Below, one piece after another: positions 50,201-64,000 of a stretch of 64,000 nucleotides of DNA. Every line of letters begins with the position of its first letter. Within the stretch, counting starts at the first letter, position 1. The stretch is from NCBI GenBank assembly GCA_964035545.1, contig OZ037765.1, forward strand, positions 10,054,698 to 10,118,697. The letters run 5' to 3'. This DNA is from Bugula neritina (Eukaryota; Animalia; Bryozoa). A model generated the notes under the pieces. It was not told where the DNA came from. It saw only the letters and a program-made list of their open reading frames with translations, and ran no database searches. Made by a program: the position numbers and the translations under genes.

Positions 50201-53200
50201 AGTAAGCTCAAAGTATATTTTAGGCTACAGATTTCATTCCAGGGTTTAGTAACCCTCCATTAATCATCAGATGGAGGAATTTGACGCTGTGAATGTTTTT
50301 AACCTGTCAATTGAACACTGCAAGAATGACTAAATTCCGTGTCTGCCATGTTTTAATATAATGATGCAACTTCTTGTTCACTTCAAATATTACTAACCAG
50401 CTTCATGTTAGTGATTAGTCATGCATAGCAGTGAGTAGTATTACCTATTCAGGACTTAGACTAGTAAATTATATTGGTCATGGATTTTAGTCTTGTTCAA
50501 TTAAACACAGATTGTCAATAGCCTGTCATTGGCTGTAAGTTAAAAATTTTGCCACATCATTAAGTCAACAAGCAAATATGGTGCTCCAGTCACACTCTGT
50601 AGCATCTGCTATCTCGCCCTGTCTTCCAGCCAATTTACAGTTCAACTTCTCTTTTCTTGCTGATGATGTAAACATGACATGTTTTGGGTTGTGTAATAAA
50701 CTCTCATGGGATACATGTTCTGGCAAAGTTTTTGCTGGTAAAATCTGCAGATTAAAGGTTTTGAAAATATCTTCCTTTAATATAAATCATTCTGTAAAAA
50801 AACTGAAATTGTCCAGTAATTTTTGCTTGGGTTTAAATATATGGAAGTAGGTGCAGGATTTTAAATTATTTCAATAGTTCCAACAGAACTGCATGTATAA
50901 TGAGAAGGTGTAGGATTAAGTAATAAAGCAATCACATTTTAAACTGCAAATTGCAAACCGAAACTAAGCTAAGTCTATGTTTCTCCATGTATTAAACAGA
51001 AAGGTGTCTTGAGTCAAAATTCACCTAGCATTATATTTAGGGCCTCCCAGCTTTATTGGTCATGTAGTGAATGAGTGAGGGAATTCTTTTTAATATAATA
51101 TCCTTATCATTGTTCATCTTAGGGTTTTCAATCTCTGGGGTCCAAACTGACAACACTTTCGGAACAAATAATACCTCTAAAATTGATGATAAAAGAAAGC
51201 ATGTCAATATATAATGTTAGCTGTTAGGTATATATTATTATACAGAGTTATGGTGAATAAGTGAAACATGTGCTGCTTGATGGTTTATGAATTTAAATTT
51301 TGATGCTGCAATATGGAGATGGCAGCTGTGTAATGAAGAATTGGTAGCCAAATAATATTAGCCATGGCAATGTCAATAGTTGTTATAGCATCATTGTTGG
51401 AAAGAGTGTTGGTTATAGTAGTGTTAGGGGTAGCAGTAGCAGTAGCAGCAACAGTAGTGATGTTATCAGTGATAGCAGCAGCAGCAGTAATAAAAGTGTT
51501 ATTAGTAGCAGCAATAGTAGCAGTGGTGGTAGCAGTAGCAGTGTTAGTAATAGTAGTGATATTAGTAGCAGCAGCAATAGTAGCAGTGATGGTAGCAGTA
51601 GCAGTGTTAGTAATAGTAGTGATAGTAGTAGCAGCAGCAGCAGCAATATTAGCAGTGATGGTAGCAGTAGCAGCGTTAGTAATAGAAGTGATAGCAGCAG
51701 TAGCTATAGTATTGCATGCTATTTCATCTTCCTTCAGATGATGACTATGATAGTGACGAAGAAGACGATAAGCCTCAGTATATTAGACTCGTATACCATG
51801 CTCACGCAGCCGCCAGATTCTTGGCACCACCTGCAGATGACACCCACTCCATCAACTCGAGTGGTAGTATCGACTCTACGGATAGTCCTGGCCCTACAGC
51901 CTCTCTCTCAGGTTTGTTTGAAGTCACATTACGTTGTGACACACTTATGTGCATCTGCCTAGATCATACAGAGTACATCTATCAAGTGCATTTTTACATG
52001 TAAAAGTACTCAAATACAGCTCTGTGGGCTATCGAGGCATATATAATTTTTACTCCTTTTTCTGCTGTAGCATAGTTGGTTGAGTGAGTGTAGTTTACAA
52101 CACAAATCTTAAGGATACTTCTTTTTAATCTTCTTTATTGGTGGGAGGAAAATTTCTCGAAATGACAAATATTCTATTTCTGGTCACTTCCAGTTCTGAA
52201 CCCGCCTGTCAATATATTTCCACTTTCATTTTGTTTTTCAGTTTGTGAACTATGTTTTGGTTGGTTAAAACTCTGCATGCATTGCACTGTATTATGTATT
52301 CTTATATATGCTTCTCGGCAAACTCACTGCTAATCTGCTTACTTAATCATAGAACAAGCGTTTTCTGCAAGTAAACTAATTTAGGAATTGTTTACTCAAT
52401 TTGCTATAGAAATGATAACTCCTAATTTCACAACACTCCCATCGAAAGTGTTGCTTAGCTATAGCTATCTAGTTTGCTCATCAGTTTGTTTTATTCACCA
52501 GTTTTATTAATGCTGGTAGTTGAATGTGTCATTGGCATGACTTGTTTCATGTAAGCCCATGTCTTCATGCTTTAGAGGTTCTTAGATCCCCAAGTAGTAA
52601 AATAAACCTTCAATATCCTTCAATAACTTTAGCAAGCTATATTGTAGCAGTGACACTTTAAGAATTGCCTAGCGCATGCAGATATTTGTAAATGTTTTTA
52701 CTTTGAAATTGGTCAAAATTGGCGTCAAATTCATTAGCTTGTGTTAGTGGATTTCATCATGTAAGGGTGTCATCATGAATGACTACATACTTTGAAGCAT
52801 TTTCAGATGAAAGTCATTTACCTAAGTAGACTATTATATTCTGAGTAAATTAAAAAAATATTATCGATTCTGGTAAAATTCCCTAAAGTAGTGTAATAAG
52901 TAGTGTTCGTTGAGGTAATGTTAATCCTGTGCCTGCATTATCCAGCTAAGTATCGGTACAGAGGTCCTCAAAGACACACAGTGTTCTTTGACACATCTGT
53001 CACCATTGACACCAGTGGTAAGTGCTTTTTGGTGGTGGTGAGTATACTACTGGTGCTTATCATTGTTATAGACTTGCACCTTATTTATTGTGATTATGTC
53101 TTCTTTCTCTGTTATTCTTACTGTGTGTGCTTTTGTGGAGTTGTTGTCCCTTTGTAACTGTTGGCTCTTTCTAACACAACAACTACATGTTTTCACTCAA

Positions 53201-56200
53201 TACCAACCTTGCAAACCATGCTCGTAATTCTATCATAACTTAGCATTATAAAATTTTAGCTATGATTGAGATTAGATTATAATACAATTATACCCACAAT
53301 TATAACTAATCAAATGAATGAACCCATTTCAACACTATAGAAGTAGTTAGTCATAACTGTAAAGTATTCATAATTCATTAATAATTCATAATTTAAAAAA
53401 TTGCTTTTCAGTTTATGGGTGAAGCTTGAAATAGAGTTAATACATTATATTTATCATAGAAAGGATCTCATCAGACCATTATAATCACCGCATTCAGATA
53501 GCTTAGTGATGAAAATAAATTAATATTTAGTTGGAAAATTATCTCAATGAAACAGGAGTTGTCTACTTAATTGGTCATGGAGAAGTTATTAGCATTGATG
53601 ATTAAAGAATTTAGTTTGATATTTTGCACTTGCTAGATACCTCTTTGCTTTGTCGATGTTCAAATCAATATTTTTCCCTGTAGATTGGTGTGCAATTGTA
53701 TGTTCCAAATGTTTCCTACGAACTTCCTTAATTTTTCCACTGAATGCTCTATATATGATAATATTATTACAGTATGATATTCTATTTCATGCCTTCATAG
53801 GCTGCACACCAGAACTAATTGCTCTATGGAAAATATGAATGCTACTTGTCTTATTTCTTAGCTACTTGTATGTCTGTTAAATAAAATTAGTGTGTGGTCA
53901 CAATTGCCTTTACACTGAATTCACTGACTGTAAAAGGAAATGTGTAGCTCGTACTAACACTAAATCAGCACTCGGTCCAATATAGGTTAGCTTACTGCTA
54001 TATTGATATAGCTTCCATTTGCTTATCTGTTAGCTGTTGAAGGCTGCACCCAGCCACAACATAAGATGCCATTAGTCATTCTCATGCGTGCAGCTGATTG
54101 TACTATCCTCAATTAGCCACTTGGTGACGTCATCAAGTCATACATTCATAGGCCCTGACAAAATTTAGTCTGCATTTTGCATCCCTTTATGCTCAAGTTT
54201 ATGCTACTGATTGAATGCCCCCTTATTATTCCCTTCCTAACACTGGCAACTGTATAGCTGTAGCAACTCCATGTGGACAGTCACTGCTGTAGGCGTGTTG
54301 GACAAGCAAAATTGTCAGTTATTGCTCATTTGCTAATTGCTAGCTCCATTGCCACCCAAATAAGTTGCTACTAAATAAATAACTTCTCACTCCATAGTCC
54401 AGTGCTAGTTGAATTTTATTATTAAATTCTGCACTGTTTCCATGGATGGATATTTTTCTAATTTTCAAGAAATGCCTTTCAAGTTCTACATATAATTGAA
54501 TAAAACTGAAATGAAATTATAGGCTTACGCATTCATTCCTTCTTACCACATAACAATTTCAATAGGAAATCCAATAAGTAGAAATGAGTCATGGTACACT
54601 TAAAGCTGTATGCAATATACATCCATGAAATCGCATCATGTGGTACAAGTTATAATGCGTCAGTATTAAAAGGCACGTCAGTATTAAAAGGCAGGCATTG
54701 TCAATTCAATATGGGCAGCCAATTAAAACACAATCTTACTAAACACCATGTTCTTCATACTACATGTTGTACTAACATCATATGCTATCAGAATCACATG
54801 TTAACTAGAGTAAACTAGCGTGCCTTGTTGAAGTTAAAAGTTTAAAGTGATTATATTTGATATTTTTATATTATGCTAGGATTTATCATTTTAGAGGATA
54901 AATCTAAAGAAGCAGATAGTACAGATTCTATGCCTGAACCGGTAAGTTTATTATTTGTCAATTAATGTAGAACTTCCTTATTAAAAGTGAACACCCAGAA
55001 TTATGCATAGTAGTAAAAACCAGCCTACTATAGGTCTACATCTAAACTGACCGTAATTATAAGCTCTCTTTCCATGTATAGAAGCCAGCTGGGTGCCGAG
55101 CTTTGTGTTCTATCATAGAGATACCCTCCAATTAGCTTAGAAGTGACTTTGGCGCTTGGTGCAGTTGTCTATATTTTGTCTAACTTGTCCAAGCATATTC
55201 CTAACTAACTTAACACCTAAATAGATGTGAACTCTTCAAGTGCAGCTTAGTTAAAAACTGTAACACACTAACAAGCAATCTATTTAAATTTACAACTATT
55301 TTTCTAATATCAGCTAAATGAACAGCTGCTGGCGTTGTTTTTTGCGTCAATATGTATGGCCTGTTTAAAATATATTTGTATATAAACTTTTATTGCTACT
55401 GTTTAATTTAATGAATGCTATGGACTTTTCTTGTCCCACTCAATTGTCATATACAACAAAATTAAAAAAGCCTATCAAGTGTGCTTTCTAAAATCAAAGA
55501 CTGCCAATAAAATATCTCACAGATTGACATTGCCCAACTGTGCACACTCATCAATAATGTGGATCTTGCCAACTATATTCTTTTTTTCTGGTTTAGATTA
55601 AAGGTAGCAAAACAAACATTCTCAATCGCAAACTTTTGATTCAAACCAAATTCAGCTGGGGCCATCTACTATCCAAAACATACTATTACGCGTGATTATT
55701 ATTATTTGTAAAAAAATTAATGTACATTAGTGTTTGTTTTTTCTTCAACTAGCTTTATTGTATTTGATTTGCTGTTAGACTTATTGCTATATAAATTACT
55801 TATTGTAACACGCACATAGCTGCTACTTGCTGCATCAAACCAACGCCTGTGAATTATCCCAGAAAACTTAGTTTTAGTAGGAGGGACCAGGAAGTGAAGC
55901 ATTGAGGCTAAAATTAACTTGGTTGCTTCAAACTTATGCAGTTGTTAGGAAATTTTAAAAAAATGTTTTTCCTTCTCCTAATGGTACTTTGAGGAGATGA
56001 ATATTTCCCAAAACACCTCTATTTAGGTTGCATTGTTTTATCCGTGGTAAGATCTAAATGAAAGTGTTGTAAGGTGTAACTGAGCGCTAGTTCTTCCTCA
56101 GTGTTTCTGACTCATAGTTTATTAACTTGTCTACAAGTTGTGTAATAATTCAGCCCATCTCCTATACTTAGATTACAGCTGATTAGCTTAAATATTTCAT

Positions 56201-59200
56201 TTCCTTCTCAAATTCAGAAATTATGACTCTAATAGGCATATCAGAAAGCATCTGCAATATCCTACCTCACAAGTTCATTTTTAATTTTGGGTTTCAGTCC
56301 TAAGTTGTTCACTTATACATGTAATGTGTGATGATGTAATCAATGTTTTTATTTGGTTCTGCCTATTAAAAATACTAGGAACATCCTAGTGTATCACAAT
56401 ATTCACGTTGGTAATGGTATACAAAGCTAATTTGCACCAGGATTATTTTCAACCCTAATTACCAAATGAATTTTGTATTTATAAGAATTATTAACACTGG
56501 TTACAACAACACAAAACTGAAATAAGACGGCTCAGCTCATAATTCTAGTTGTTTTGATTGCATGATTACACCAAGTTTAAAAAATCTTTATATTATTAGC
56601 TGATCACCGAGCATAAGACAAGTTATTAAGGTGTTGAAATTGTGTGCGGAACTGACTATTAGCATAAGTATTATATACAGCTGCAGTAACTCAATAGAAA
56701 CATTCAGGTGGGGCATTCAGGTGAGGCATTCGGTTGGGTGTATGTGCCAATCTTGAATCAGATGATGGAATACTTGTTGGTATGCTATCTTATGTAATAA
56801 GATTGTACAATGGCCTTCTTTGACGCCCTCATGCTTGCATTGTCCATGATCAATTTAGTAATTTTTATTTGGTTATGTTTTCATTTGATATGCATTAAAT
56901 TTCTGTCATGACTAACTCCGAACTGCCCATCTGCTCAGTGGAAGGTAGTTGATGGTGTTTATCGGTTCTCCAGGATTCGGAGAGCTCGTCAGTTGGGGAG
57001 GTCAGCCAGGAAAGTCAGAGTAGCGAAAGCCTACAAATGAGGAATTGGGTAGTGAACAGTGTTTTGGAGAGCGAGAAATCCTATATAGATGACCTCAGTG
57101 TCTTATTGCAGGTGTGTATACAGTGTAGTATAAGTATACTGCTACAAGACTGTATAGACTGAATATACTACTATATTATTATATAGTATAGTCTGAGTAT
57201 GCTACTACATTATTGTATAGCCTGAGTATACTACTATATGATTGTATTACAAGTATAGTCTGAGTATATTACTACATTATTGTGTTGCATAGTCTGAGTA
57301 TTTTACTATATGATTATACAGTATAGTCTGAGTATATTACTACATTATTGTATTGCATAGTCTGAGTATTTTACTTCTTATTGTTGGAACAAACCTTCAG
57401 GATAAAGTTCCGGTTCGATGTATGTTGCTCTACTAAATCTTCAAGCTTATCATATTACTTTGGAAAGTATTTGCTTAACAGCCTATCACTTGTTTTCTTA
57501 AGATGTTATTCTGTCAAGTTTTTAAAACAATATTGTTTAGCTCTTTAGCATACATAATATAATAATATATATAGTAATATAGTATATAGCATACTTGTAA
57601 TATAGTAATGTATATAGTAATATAGTATATAGCATACTTGTAATATTGTAATATAGTATATAGCATACTTGTAATATAGTAATATAGTATATAGCATACT
57701 TGTAATATAGTAATATATATAGTAATATAGTATATAGCATACTTGTAATATAGTAATATATATAGTAATATAGTATATAGCATACTTTTATTATAGTATA
57801 ACTGTATGCATTGGTTGCAGTACAAGAAGAGTCTAGAATCTACAGCTAAGACCTCAGTGCCAGTAATAACAATGACGGAAGCTGCCGTTATATTTGGCAA
57901 TCTCCAAGAGATTTACGATACACATTCAGGATTTAGAAAGAATCTCGAGCCCATTGTAGCTGAATGGACACACAATTCTGAAGTTGGTCCCCTATTCAAA
58001 GAAATGGTAAGTTTGATGGTTCCTCAAGCTATAGGTAACTTTTTAGTATTATTACCACTAGTTTCTAGATTCAATGGATGTAAATGGACTGCGTACCATA
58101 GAGTTAAATAACCTATTCAATAGACTTGGAGCAAGTTTAATGGTTGACGTTGATGATTGTGTTTTAAAAAAGTTAGCAATTGTTATCAAAATAAGGTAAG
58201 TACAAGAATTATTTCCAAAAGATTTTTGTGTGTTTAAAGCATAAAATATAAATACATGTTATAAATGTTATGTTATATGTTATATAAATGCATGTTATGG
58301 TGTGAATTGTATAATGTTCACCCATTACTCCTAGTTAACAGTGTTGTCCAGCACTCAGTGTATCTTGTGTCTTTCATCAAATTGTTGAGTTCTTTTTATA
58401 TCAGATTCTCAAGTCTAGAGCAATAAGAAAAGGCAAAAACATAATTTTCCTGACTAGCAAATAATTCGTTCACTTTCAGCTGGTTTAGAGTTGTTTGTTG
58501 GAGTTTGTTACAGAATTTTTAGAACACGTGACCTATAACTTTGGATGGATTGGTAATAAGCCATTACTAAATTTTTAATGGATTTGATTCTAAGCACTTG
58601 CTAAGTGATGCGTTGTCTTGTCATAAGGAGTTGTTTTCCCTCGTTACTATATATATCGTCTTGTGATCGTCAAGAGACCAGACTAAGCACTAGTGTACAA
58701 TTTTTTTAAAGTTGCAATTGGGATGATCGGATATCAGATAATTTTTAATATTACGTAAACTACTTCTTGTAGTAGTAGTTGTGATGAAAATGGTGTTTTA
58801 TCCAATACATTATTTCCTCTATAGTAGGAGAGATAACTCCAAATAACAATGTCAACTCTTGCATTGTCGGTAACTTATATTTGAGTTTTAGTGGCGAGTC
58901 ATCTGAAGATTGATTGGTAGTCAAAGTTATTTGCGAATTTTATCGGTGACTTAGATTTTGATATATTATCAGTTGAAGTTATAAATAGTCAAGCTACTTT
59001 ATGCTATATAGAAGTCATCTTCGCAAGTATTCTCATAATATAATGCATTCTATTCATTTTGTAGGTCCTGATATTATTTTACTTTGATAAAAAAAATTTT
59101 GTTGTATTAAAATTGTCTTTTTACTTTACAAGTGTTATGTAATACATGATTCGTTGTTAAAAAGAAAACTCTTTACTTGGCAGGCGGTGAACCTTCCACT

Positions 59201-62200
59201 CTATAACACATACCTTGAGAATTACCCCAAAGCTATAGCCACTGTAAAGAGATTGTGTCAGGAAAATGCTGCTTTCAATGACATAGTCAAGGTATGTAAA
59301 CATAAGTCAATAAAATCGGTGTAATTGAATTGGAAATAAAATCAATTTGCTTTTTTGATGTCTTTTAAAAAAACTCACGCAAGTTTATAGTCGCCGTCCC
59401 TGTGAGAAGCCCCTGATGGAAAAGGTTTTTGTTAAAGCGGGCTAAGGACTTATTTAAATGAGGCACAGGAGCAATTATGACTGGATGCTCTTTCTAACAT
59501 CACCAATGGCCTTTGTTCGGGCTCGAACCCATGACCTCATGTTTACTAGGCAAACACTGTAACCCCTAGACCACGGCTGCCCCCCTTTTTTTATGTCTTT
59601 AGCAAGATATTTTATTTGGGCTGTTAGCCGATATCCGATTGGTGGTTGGTTGTGCACATTCGCTTACTGTTCAAGCTCAACTTTTGTTCTTTGAGAGAAG
59701 AAATTTTATAGCAAACAGCTATAGATAGGAAAAACTCTTATTCGTGTAGTAGTAGGTCACTCGAGTATAGTGAAAAGGCAACTGAAACTTGTATTAAAAT
59801 ATAAACTCAACTCTTTAAAGAAAAGACAACTCATAAAATCAAACACTCATGCGTTAAGATATTTCGTTTCCTAATAAAATATTAGTATGCACCAGTTGCT
59901 TGTTTAATGCGCTATTACCTAGTGTTACTCAATAAGAATATGCTATCAGGTGTGAGTAACTGCATGCTTGACATGATAAGTTCTGTTTGACACCAAATAT
60001 CTGCCTGTAGCTCATCAAGTGCCCCTCGGCCACGGAGAAACTCCATCTTGAAGCCATTCTGCACAAGCCAATCAACAGGATGCAAAGGAACAGTCTGCTA
60101 CTGCAAGATCTTCTCAAGTGTACGCCGCCTTCCCATCCCGACCACGACTACCTTCAGAAGTCCCTCAAACTCTCCCAGCTCTTTCTCCGAGACCAGATGA
60201 AGGTTTCGACTGCTGACAATGACAAGGTTAGTTTACCTGCTGGTTTCAAACCCTTAATGTTTTTTTTTCTTTTATTATTCCAGCAAGCAAATTAAATCAA
60301 TAAGTAATTCATAATAAATAATTAATTATCTAATTATTTCAAAATTAAGGCAACTCATCAAAATTATTTTTTATTATTCCAGCAGGCAAATAATTAAGTC
60401 ATTAAGGAATTCATAATAAATAAAAATTAATTGTACAATTTTTTCAAATTTAAACAGATCATCACAATTTTTTCCTGTAATACACATGTTGTGGATACTT
60501 TTGTTCTCTATTAACAGCTGCTGCTACATGTGCTGGTAAAGAATCAGCTGTTAGTAGAGTATGTCGGAGGAAAGGCCCGGAAACTCCGCCATGTTTTCTT
60601 GTTCAATGATGTCATAGTGTGCACCAAATGCAGGATAGTCAAGTGAGTGCCTTGGCTATCTCTATAGGCAGTAGTAAAATATTGACTATCATATTGAGGC
60701 TACCATTCATTTGGATACATATTTATGAAATAAGCATACAAACATCTCTACATACACACTTCTAAGCTGTCTGGTTTTAAGATTTTAGGAGTTGTCTTCT
60801 ATGTTGACATCTGATTTTTACTGGCAAAATATATTACAAGTAATGACGCCTCAAAATAAAATTTAGAGTTCTTTCTAATATGAATTATTTTAGTATGCAT
60901 TTGTGCGCTAAAGGAATTTTATTTCAGAAATGCAAATTTGAAGGTAAATTACGTGTTACCGTATTACTAAATTGTTTGCTAGGGGCAAACAGCATTATGA
61001 GGTGAAGTGGTACACACCTTTGTCAGAGCTTCAGCTCAGCGATAAAATGGATGACACTCCAGTTGAGTGGAAGCAGCGGGTAGATAAAGCTGGAAAAGAA
61101 ATTCAGGCAATGAAGTCTAGACTAAAAGAAAACAAAGCTTTACTCAGACGAGATATTAAAGAATGCAAAGACGTGAGTTTGTTTGTTCCCATGCAAATAT
61201 TTTAATATTTTCACTTTTTCAATATATTATTGTAGAGTAGCTGACGCAATAATTTTGAATTCCTATTTTGAAATGCTGACACATGGAATATTTAGCATAT
61301 CATATGTCGTGTTTGTTGTGGCTATGAAAACTGCTGTGCCACAGTGATTAAGGTGTGCCACGGTGATAACTAAAGGAAGTCCAAAAATATATTCTATCTA
61401 GAAATCCTCACTCACAATATCTCTTGGATAAAAAAAGTAGTTTCAAGGAGTTTTTTTTGCTCAAAAAATGTTTTTTTTAGTTATGTAACTCCATTAGTAC
61501 CTGGTAAGAATTTAATCTTCTTTGAATGCTGGAAAATTATAGAATTGATAATAATGTCCACAGTATGGGTTTTGGTTTATTTGTAAGGCTTGTGTTTTAT
61601 TTATAAAGTTCTTACTCGGCCTCCCTCGAGAATGTGGAGTATGTATCATCGCTTACTGTTGTGATAGGATGTATTTATTGGAAATCTGTTCAAATATGCT
61701 AGTCACGGCTATAATTAGACTATAGTCAACTGTTGTCATGGTTGGCATAAATATGCACATATGTGTAATTAATGTAATTCGTCTTAAATCTAATTAACTA
61801 TAAAAGGTCACTAAATTGTTTTGTCTACCAGACTCCGAGGTTTGTTACAAATTTTGATATGTTTTAAAGGTTTGAGTAAAATCATTTCCTTGCATTTTAT
61901 CCAAAAGATTTTGGAAATGTTTCATTGGATTTAAGTTAGAAGATTTTTGGTGTCTAATTATTACAAGCTCCAGGTTTAAAGGTGGTTCGTAGACTGTAGG
62001 CCATTTTGAAATTTATTTTTATTGAATTTATAAAGCTGCTACTCTTGTTGCCTGCTTACTCTCCTATGCTGTGCTGCAAGGGGTACTTGTGGTGTGATTG
62101 TAGAAGGGTATCGATACATCCACCAACTCCAGGTTACAGAGGCTACAGAAGAAGATTCAGGACCAGGAAGCACAGCTAATTCTGGCTGAACCTAGACTCA

Positions 62201-64000
62201 GGTTCACTCTTGGCACTAAGAAAGGGGCGCAGTTCTGTTTCTTACTCCCCTCCGACTATGAACGTAGTGAATGGCAGGAGAGCATACAGGCGCTGAAAGC
62301 TAAATGTAAGATACATTCAGATTTACGATGGTTTACCAATTTCTATCCTTAATTGTCTATAAAGTTGGCAATCAATTGTTTCTACATTAAAGTTCTGTAA
62401 TGAGTCATGTGTTTGGTATCTGAAGGTCAAATGATTACAGCTTCAATTAAATGCTGTAATAAAAAAGCAAATTACCTGTTACCTAATTATGCTATATACA
62501 CAACAATGATGCAAGAATGGTCTGGTTTTGTTTTAAATTCAACACAAAACGTAGTTTGAAGAACGTGCCTTCTAAATCTCAGGTCATCTTATGCCCTGAC
62601 AAACTCGCTGACTGTAACATCAATTGACCCACTGACTTGTATCATCTTGTATTGTAACTATTGTCAAGAGAACGATTAAAGATTTTTGATTGCTGCTAAT
62701 TCTTAACTTTAAATATAATTTTTATGGGTAACTTATTAAGATAGTCAAATATAGATTATAATGACGTCAATCATAGCAAGAAAGTTCTCAGTCTAATCAA
62801 GATAGCCTATAATCTGTATACTTTCTCGTATGACTCTGCCGTCTGCTCTTTAGTGCCTGCCGACTCTACTGCGAAGATATCGTCGATAGACGTGCAGTCA
62901 ATTGTGGATGGGTGTAGAGACAATGTACAGCTTAACAACATGGATCAGATGGTGATGAAGGAAGCAACTGATGAGGATATAATGAGTGGACAACTCACAA
63001 TAACTATACATAAGATACTGGGGCTACAACATCCGTGTGGTCAGTAGATGGTCAATTATATACAGCAATATTATGACGTAGTGTCATCTAAGTGACCCTT
63101 AATAAAAGTTTCTATAAATTATGTTTAGTTTTTGATTTTCACTTAGTGGTTGCTACTATCTTTGAATGGCTGGACAAGAGGCCTAAAGTGCTCTCCCCTG
63201 AGATTTGTTTGTATTTACAGCATAAAGTTTTCGTTCTTGGTCTAATAATTGAGAAAATTGTGAGGGTCAAATGATAGCTACATTTATAGTGATGAAATTA
63301 GCAAAATTTGTGTTGTCAAATGTTTTACCAAGGACTTGAGTTGTACTAATTATTGGGATTCTTTTTTTTAAATTGATAACATATGTAAATCTCGGATAAG
63401 TGCTTTATCTATAGTGTGCATAGTGGCCTTCATAATATGGAGCTTGACAATAGAAACAAGCATCTTTGTGTTTGGTAGTTGTATCTGGTTATCAAAATAT
63501 TGCTTAATGTGTTAATAGCACATATATTTGCATTAAATGACCATCATTTGGGATTATTATATTATTTGTAAGCCATTTTATTGTAATAAAAATAAACACC
63601 TTACTAAAATACTTATGTTGATTAATTGCCAAGTGTTCATAGTTACCTTGAAGGCCATGTTTCAATATATAGGCATGTAGATGGTTTTATCCATTCTGAG
63701 AGCAAGATGGTATGCTTCATGTATAAGAATAACACATTTTGAACTTAATATTATTTTGTAGTATTTAATATTTGTAAACAGTTAAAATAGATATCCAGGT
63801 AGTGTAGTTGAATGAGACAGTATTAAATATTCCGAAATGTTCATATATGAAATTCTACGTGAACAGCTATCATTGGCTACAGGATAGTATGACTTTTCTG
63901 TAAATTATTTAGAAACTTTCACTGCGATTGAAGTCGACTCATTTGGCCATTTCTACCACAAAGCAAAGACTAGGATCCTCAAGTCCGATCAGCCCGTGTG
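47274..64000 (+). CDS. BCR: BCR/ABR-family RhoGEF-PH-C2(-RhoGAP) protein, 3' end outside window
   Basis: N-terminus FEAGWKASFP...LKQQQFILEY resembles the BCR oligomerisation domain. DH exons (VLESEKSYIDDL, IFGNLQEIY, HKPINRMQRNSLLLQDLLKCTP), PH (KLRHVFLFND, YEVKWYTPL) and C2 (GQLTITIH, EVDSFGHF..KAKT). Confidence 0.9.
51400..51710. repeat. Degenerate GTA/GCA triplet repeat with ~63-bp higher-order unit
   Basis: gcaatagtagcagtg(g/a)tggtagcagtagcagtgttagtaatag repeated ~3 times in an intron, just before the 51738 acceptor. Confidence 0.9.
57118..57375. repeat. Minisatellite, ~30-35-bp unit (atagtctgagtatattactacattattgt)
   Basis: About seven degenerate copies directly after a BCR donor site. 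Confidence 0.9.
57560..57790. repeat. Minisatellite, 31/42-bp unit (tatagtaatatagtatatagcatacttgtaa)
   Basis: About six copies directly before a BCR acceptor. Confidence 0.92.
59380..59584 (-). mobile_element. tRNA-derived SINE
   Basis: Minus strand GGGGCAGCCG TGGTCTAGGGG (A box) ... GGTTCGAGCCC (B box), then a non-tRNA body ccattggtgatgttagaaagagcatccagtcataa. No closing acceptor stem. Confidence 0.75.
60272..60470. repeat. Diverged ~100-bp tandem duplication (intronic)
   Basis: ttattattccagca(a/g)gcaaat...aattcataataaataa occurs twice. Confidence 0.8.

Noticed and set aside
51364-51741. Hydrophobic membrane-protein-like and poly-Leu ORFs
   Set aside because: Products of an intronic GTA/GCA triplet repeat.
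59505-59584. tRNA gene
   Set aside because: A and B boxes are present, but there is no acceptor-stem pairing or terminator, and the sequence continues into a SINE-like body.

Overview
AT-rich, intron-rich animal genomic DNA, apparently from a compact invertebrate genome (species not determinable from this window). It holds a tightly packed run of genes: PDIA6 (+), an orphan two-coding-exon gene (-), BPTF/NURF301 (-), AIMP2 (+), MAD2 (-), SUPV3L1 (-) and the 5' part of a BCR/ABR-family gene (+), plus probably the 5' end of a divergent gene at the left edge. Introns carry MITEs (two copies of a 4-bp-TSD Sola-like family, one Harbinger-like, one hAT-like), a tRNA-derived SINE, and micro/minisatellites. 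The strongest unexplained signal is a 0.4-0.9 kb domain just downstream of each housekeeping promoter, inside intron 1. It consists of 6-bp-periodic, self-complementary fold-back sequence (AGT/ACT alternating with AAT/ATT/ATC/GTC/GAC) with nested palindromes and words shared between unrelated genes. I did not see it in the other introns. Also notable: an ATG-TAG start-stop where AIMP2's conserved Met-Tyr start is expected, an ERSE-like element before PDIA6, and a NuRD-motif-like peptide in the orphan protein. All coordinates were read by hand and may be off by a few bases.
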